DNA of 62,735 nt, filler included, from Choristocarpus tenellus KU-1152 (Eukaryota > Protista > Phaeophyceae), in assembly GCA_964200185.2 (NCBI GenBank). It is 12 parts of 12 records of this genome, joined end to end, with 100 filler letters (N's around TTAATTAATTAA, not from the genome) between each part and the next. Parts side by side here need not be neighbours in the genome. Positions count along the whole stretch, not along the records: positions 59,396 to 62,735 come from CAXNAD020020700.1; 11 more parts are not named here. One strand, written 5' to 3'. Position 1 is the stretch's first letter. The number at the start of each line of letters is the position of its first letter. The notes below the pieces were generated by a model. That model was not told the origin of the DNA. It saw only the letters and a list, made by a program, of their open reading frames with translations, and did no database searches. The position numbers were made by a program, and so were the translations under genes. Below, one piece after another: positions 59,667 to 62,735 of the stretch.

Positions 59667-62648
59667 ATGATGGACCTAGGTCGTCAAATGGAGGAAGAGA
59701 TACACTCAACATCCCTGAACAGGCCTTCCATGCAGAACGGTGGCCACTCAGGGCTACTTAGTGACGCAGAGGCAGTTAAGCTGAAGTCTCGGGTCCATAA
59801 GGTAAATAAGGAAGACTGGAAAAATTCCCAACTTTATTTGATGGCAGGAGGCTTGTGCTGAGGGAGGAAAATGCATACAAGGGTGGGCATTTGGGATCCC
59901 AAGAGTGAGTGGCAAGCATATGCTTGTTGGAGACAGCCTTTCTGTTGTGCGGAGATTGGTATTTGCTTGGATGAATAAATATATCAGAAAACCCCTACTC
60001 TTTAGGGGTGAGGACCGAGAACCATTGGAGGGTGCATGAGATGGTCGGGGGAATGGAAGGCTAATAAAATGGTGCACTGAGTGGTTGCACTCTGTAGGAC
60101 ACAAGTGAAAAGAAAAGGTGCTACGTTCCACAGTCCCAGCTCCCACGTTCTCCATCCCCTCTGTCACTAGGACTGATTGTTCGTTACCTCGGCATGTTTT
60201 GCCTTGAAACCTCACAAAGTGCCTGTTACACTGCAGTGAACCTGCGACCCCTTTCTGAATGGTGTGCTCAGCAGGGTAACTGGGTAATCTCGAAGGACAA
60301 GGCGGACTTGCAGTCATCTGTTGAACGGATTCATAACTTCGAGGAGGCCTTCTTACGGATCAAGTCTGCCACTGGGATAGAGGACATTGAAGAGCTGGTG
60401 AGGGTTGCAGGGACATGGAACTGACACACCCAAAATAGATTCAAGAGGAAGTGTGTAAATTCTCCCCCAAAGTGTGTCTCAAAAACAAATCCATTATAAT
60501 AGACAGGTTTTAACAGTTATTACTCTTCTGTGGGGATATATATATGTGCCCAGCAATCTACCTGCCAAAAAAAAAAGAAGGTACGGTACAATGGTCCAAG
60601 TTCAACTACACCTGCACCAAAAATCCTGGATCCAACCCCACCCTTCCATTTTTCAGATGAAGAAACGATAGTCGGTTATCAACAGACATTTTTTAAACAG
60701 TTACCTTGCTAATTTTTTGTTTCCTCTTGATTCAGTGAAAAAAGGTTTGCTTGTTTAGTCTCGGGCTTTCTACCTTCTCTGTTCCTGTCTGGTCCACCCC
60801 CATTCTTCTGTCAGAGTCGTGTTAAGTATGGTTTCCAAGTCTAAATTCATATCATAAATTCATATCATAAATTCATATCATAAATTCATAATTCAAATTC
60901 ATCTCTACTCATTCGCGTACCAGTACCCGTATCAGTTGATTTCTCTCTCTCGTTTTATTTTTTTTTAAGATCAGGAAAAGTTCCAATACACATTTGAAAA
61001 AAAAAAAATGGATGTAATGGTCAGCTTTCAAGAAATACGACTCTGGGCACCTCTTTGTTTACGTTTGACTCTGAGCACTGAAAGGGTCTTTATTGGGGTA
61101 CAGTCTGAAACCGCCGAACCTAACAAAAATGGTCATCTCTGTCGGCAAAAAAAAATGGGGGGTGCGGGTTTGAGGTTCCCAGGTGAGAACATTCATCAAG
61201 AACGAAGACCAGAACTTCTCACTGTTCAACTACGTGAATGAGCAGCAGAATGAGATTGAGAAGCTAGAGGAACAGTTGCAAAGCCTTAAGGAGGAGGAGA
61301 TCAAGTTTGCACAGGTGTGGTGAGAGCATGAATGTTCAGGCTCAGGAGTATTATCTGTTCATGGAGTGTCAGAAAATCGAGAAAGACTTAGCAGCAGCCG
61401 CCCTGATTTGAACAGTGTGTGCAATCCCATGAAGAAGAAGAAAATTGTCGCAAATTTTCCTGCTCCGGGAAGGAGGGATAACTTTGCAGTCTGCATGAAT
61501 TTTCTCCACTGCATCTCCCTTGTGAATAGTAATGAGGTTTAGTTTGTCAATGTGGACCATATCTACCTATGACATCCTATCCTTGCAATGTGTCCCCCAC
61601 ATCCCACACCCCAATCACCATGCATCCGTATTAGAATGCCATGACTGTTGCAGATGGATGTATTCCTGTGATGGTCAGAGGGTGACCTGAGTGCACCATT
61701 CTTAGTGTGTCCTCTCTGTCATGAGTGTGATGCTGCTCATTCAAGGCAGTCATGCCGTGTCTAGTACAGGTAGACACAATATATATGTGTGTGTGTCTTG
61801 GCAAGGTGGACATCATGTACTTTGAGATTTTTCACTTCAAAGTACTTTTTATTTTTCCTACATACTTTGGGTTAGGGTTAGGGTTAGGGCTAGCTTAGCA
61901 TCAATCAAACTGTACAACCTGTGGGTTATGACCTGCTGTACTTGGGACCTATTGACTAGGTAGTGCTTACGTGCACTTGGAAAAAAAAAATGGGCCAAGT
62001 ATAGAGCAGTGGCTGCAATATCAAAACCGAACCCCACACCTCCATTATGCCTTTGCTCTTCTTACTAGTATGTATAGCATGCTCAAAGAAGTCAAGGTAC
62101 ACATCTATAGGTACTTTGGAAGTAAATGCCCAATTTTCAGAGTACTTTGGAGGCCTTTCATATTCTCCGTACACATTTGCTAAAACATGTTGCTACTGGC
62201 GCAAGCTAGTCACGCTCAGCGCAAAGTATAGCAATTGGCCTTGATTGCATGAGTGAGTGATGTCAAGTAGGGAAGAGGATGCAGTATGAGCGCATCTCAG
62301 TGGAATGAGTATGCCCTACCCTATGATCTAGACTGTTACATTGGTGGAAGTGTTCCTCCTCATTATTGCCCCTTTCCTATCCCTCAATCTTGTATGACTC
62401 AATTCCGCTTCATTCATTTCTCGGACCAAGATGTCCTTCCATATATCTATCTCCTACAAGGCATAGTATCATGAACGGCCCTACGACAAGCCAGTTGGCC
62501 GGCCTTTAATGATAGCCTGCACCACCATTGACACCAAATCATACGACACTCCTCTGTATGCATCTCCTCGATAATGGTATTCCAGGAATCTGGAGATGAC
62601 GTGCATCAGCACAAGCAAGCCTTGAGAGATCTAGAGACCAGGTTGCAG
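59667..62648 (+). CDS. ODA1: Outer dynein arm docking complex subunit DC2 (ODA1 / CCDC114-CCDC63 family), four internal exons
   Basis: Phase-0 exons 59667-59801, 60275-60397, 61183-61314 and 62586-62648; FEEAFLRIKSATGIEDIEELVRTFIKNEDQNFSLFNYVNEQQNEIEKLEEQ is the family signature. Confidence 0.9.
60843..60904 (+). repeat. 13-bp tandem repeat (aaattcatatcat), ~4.5 copies, intronic
   Basis: Directly visible. Confidence 0.85.
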
Positions 62649-62735
62649 GTACAAGTTGAAGTTGAAGTAGGAGGTGGGGCGCATGGTCAACCCTCCCATG
62701 TTGCCTGCTTTTCAGCACAGGGAAGGGGGGTGGGG

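Overview
This is not a continuous locus. It is 12 unrelated eukaryotic contigs joined by artificial 100-bp linkers (N44-TTAATTAATTAA-N44, stops in all six frames), so nothing can be inferred across linkers. Long GT-AG introns, RTE-type LINE debris, scattered TTAGGG motifs and the gene set suggest a stramenopile, probably a brown alga or close relative (inference). Spliced genes assembled by hand: NAA20 (partial), a divergent TM9SF (partial), an L-type lectin of the VIP36/ERGIC-53 family (partial) head-to-head with a complete MRPL47, the 3' end of NIFK/Nop15, a Lys-rich 60-aa-repeat protein, a divergent AIFM1-like flavoprotein, and outer dynein arm docking subunit ODA1/CCDC114 (partial). There is one tRNA-Pro(TGG). 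Mobile DNA includes five copies of a ~257-bp MITE with GAG...CTC termini, a decayed Ty1/copia, a decayed RTE LINE and an IS630/Tc1-type transposase tail, plus many mini- and microsatellites. I cannot demonstrate a new biological system. The best leads are (i) a non-coding array of nine stem-loop-like units upstream of an orphan ORF in contig 1, (ii) an AIF homolog that appears to have lost NADH-site residues, (iii) a Sola2-like MITE family, and (iv) a lectin with a ~40-aa loop insertion.
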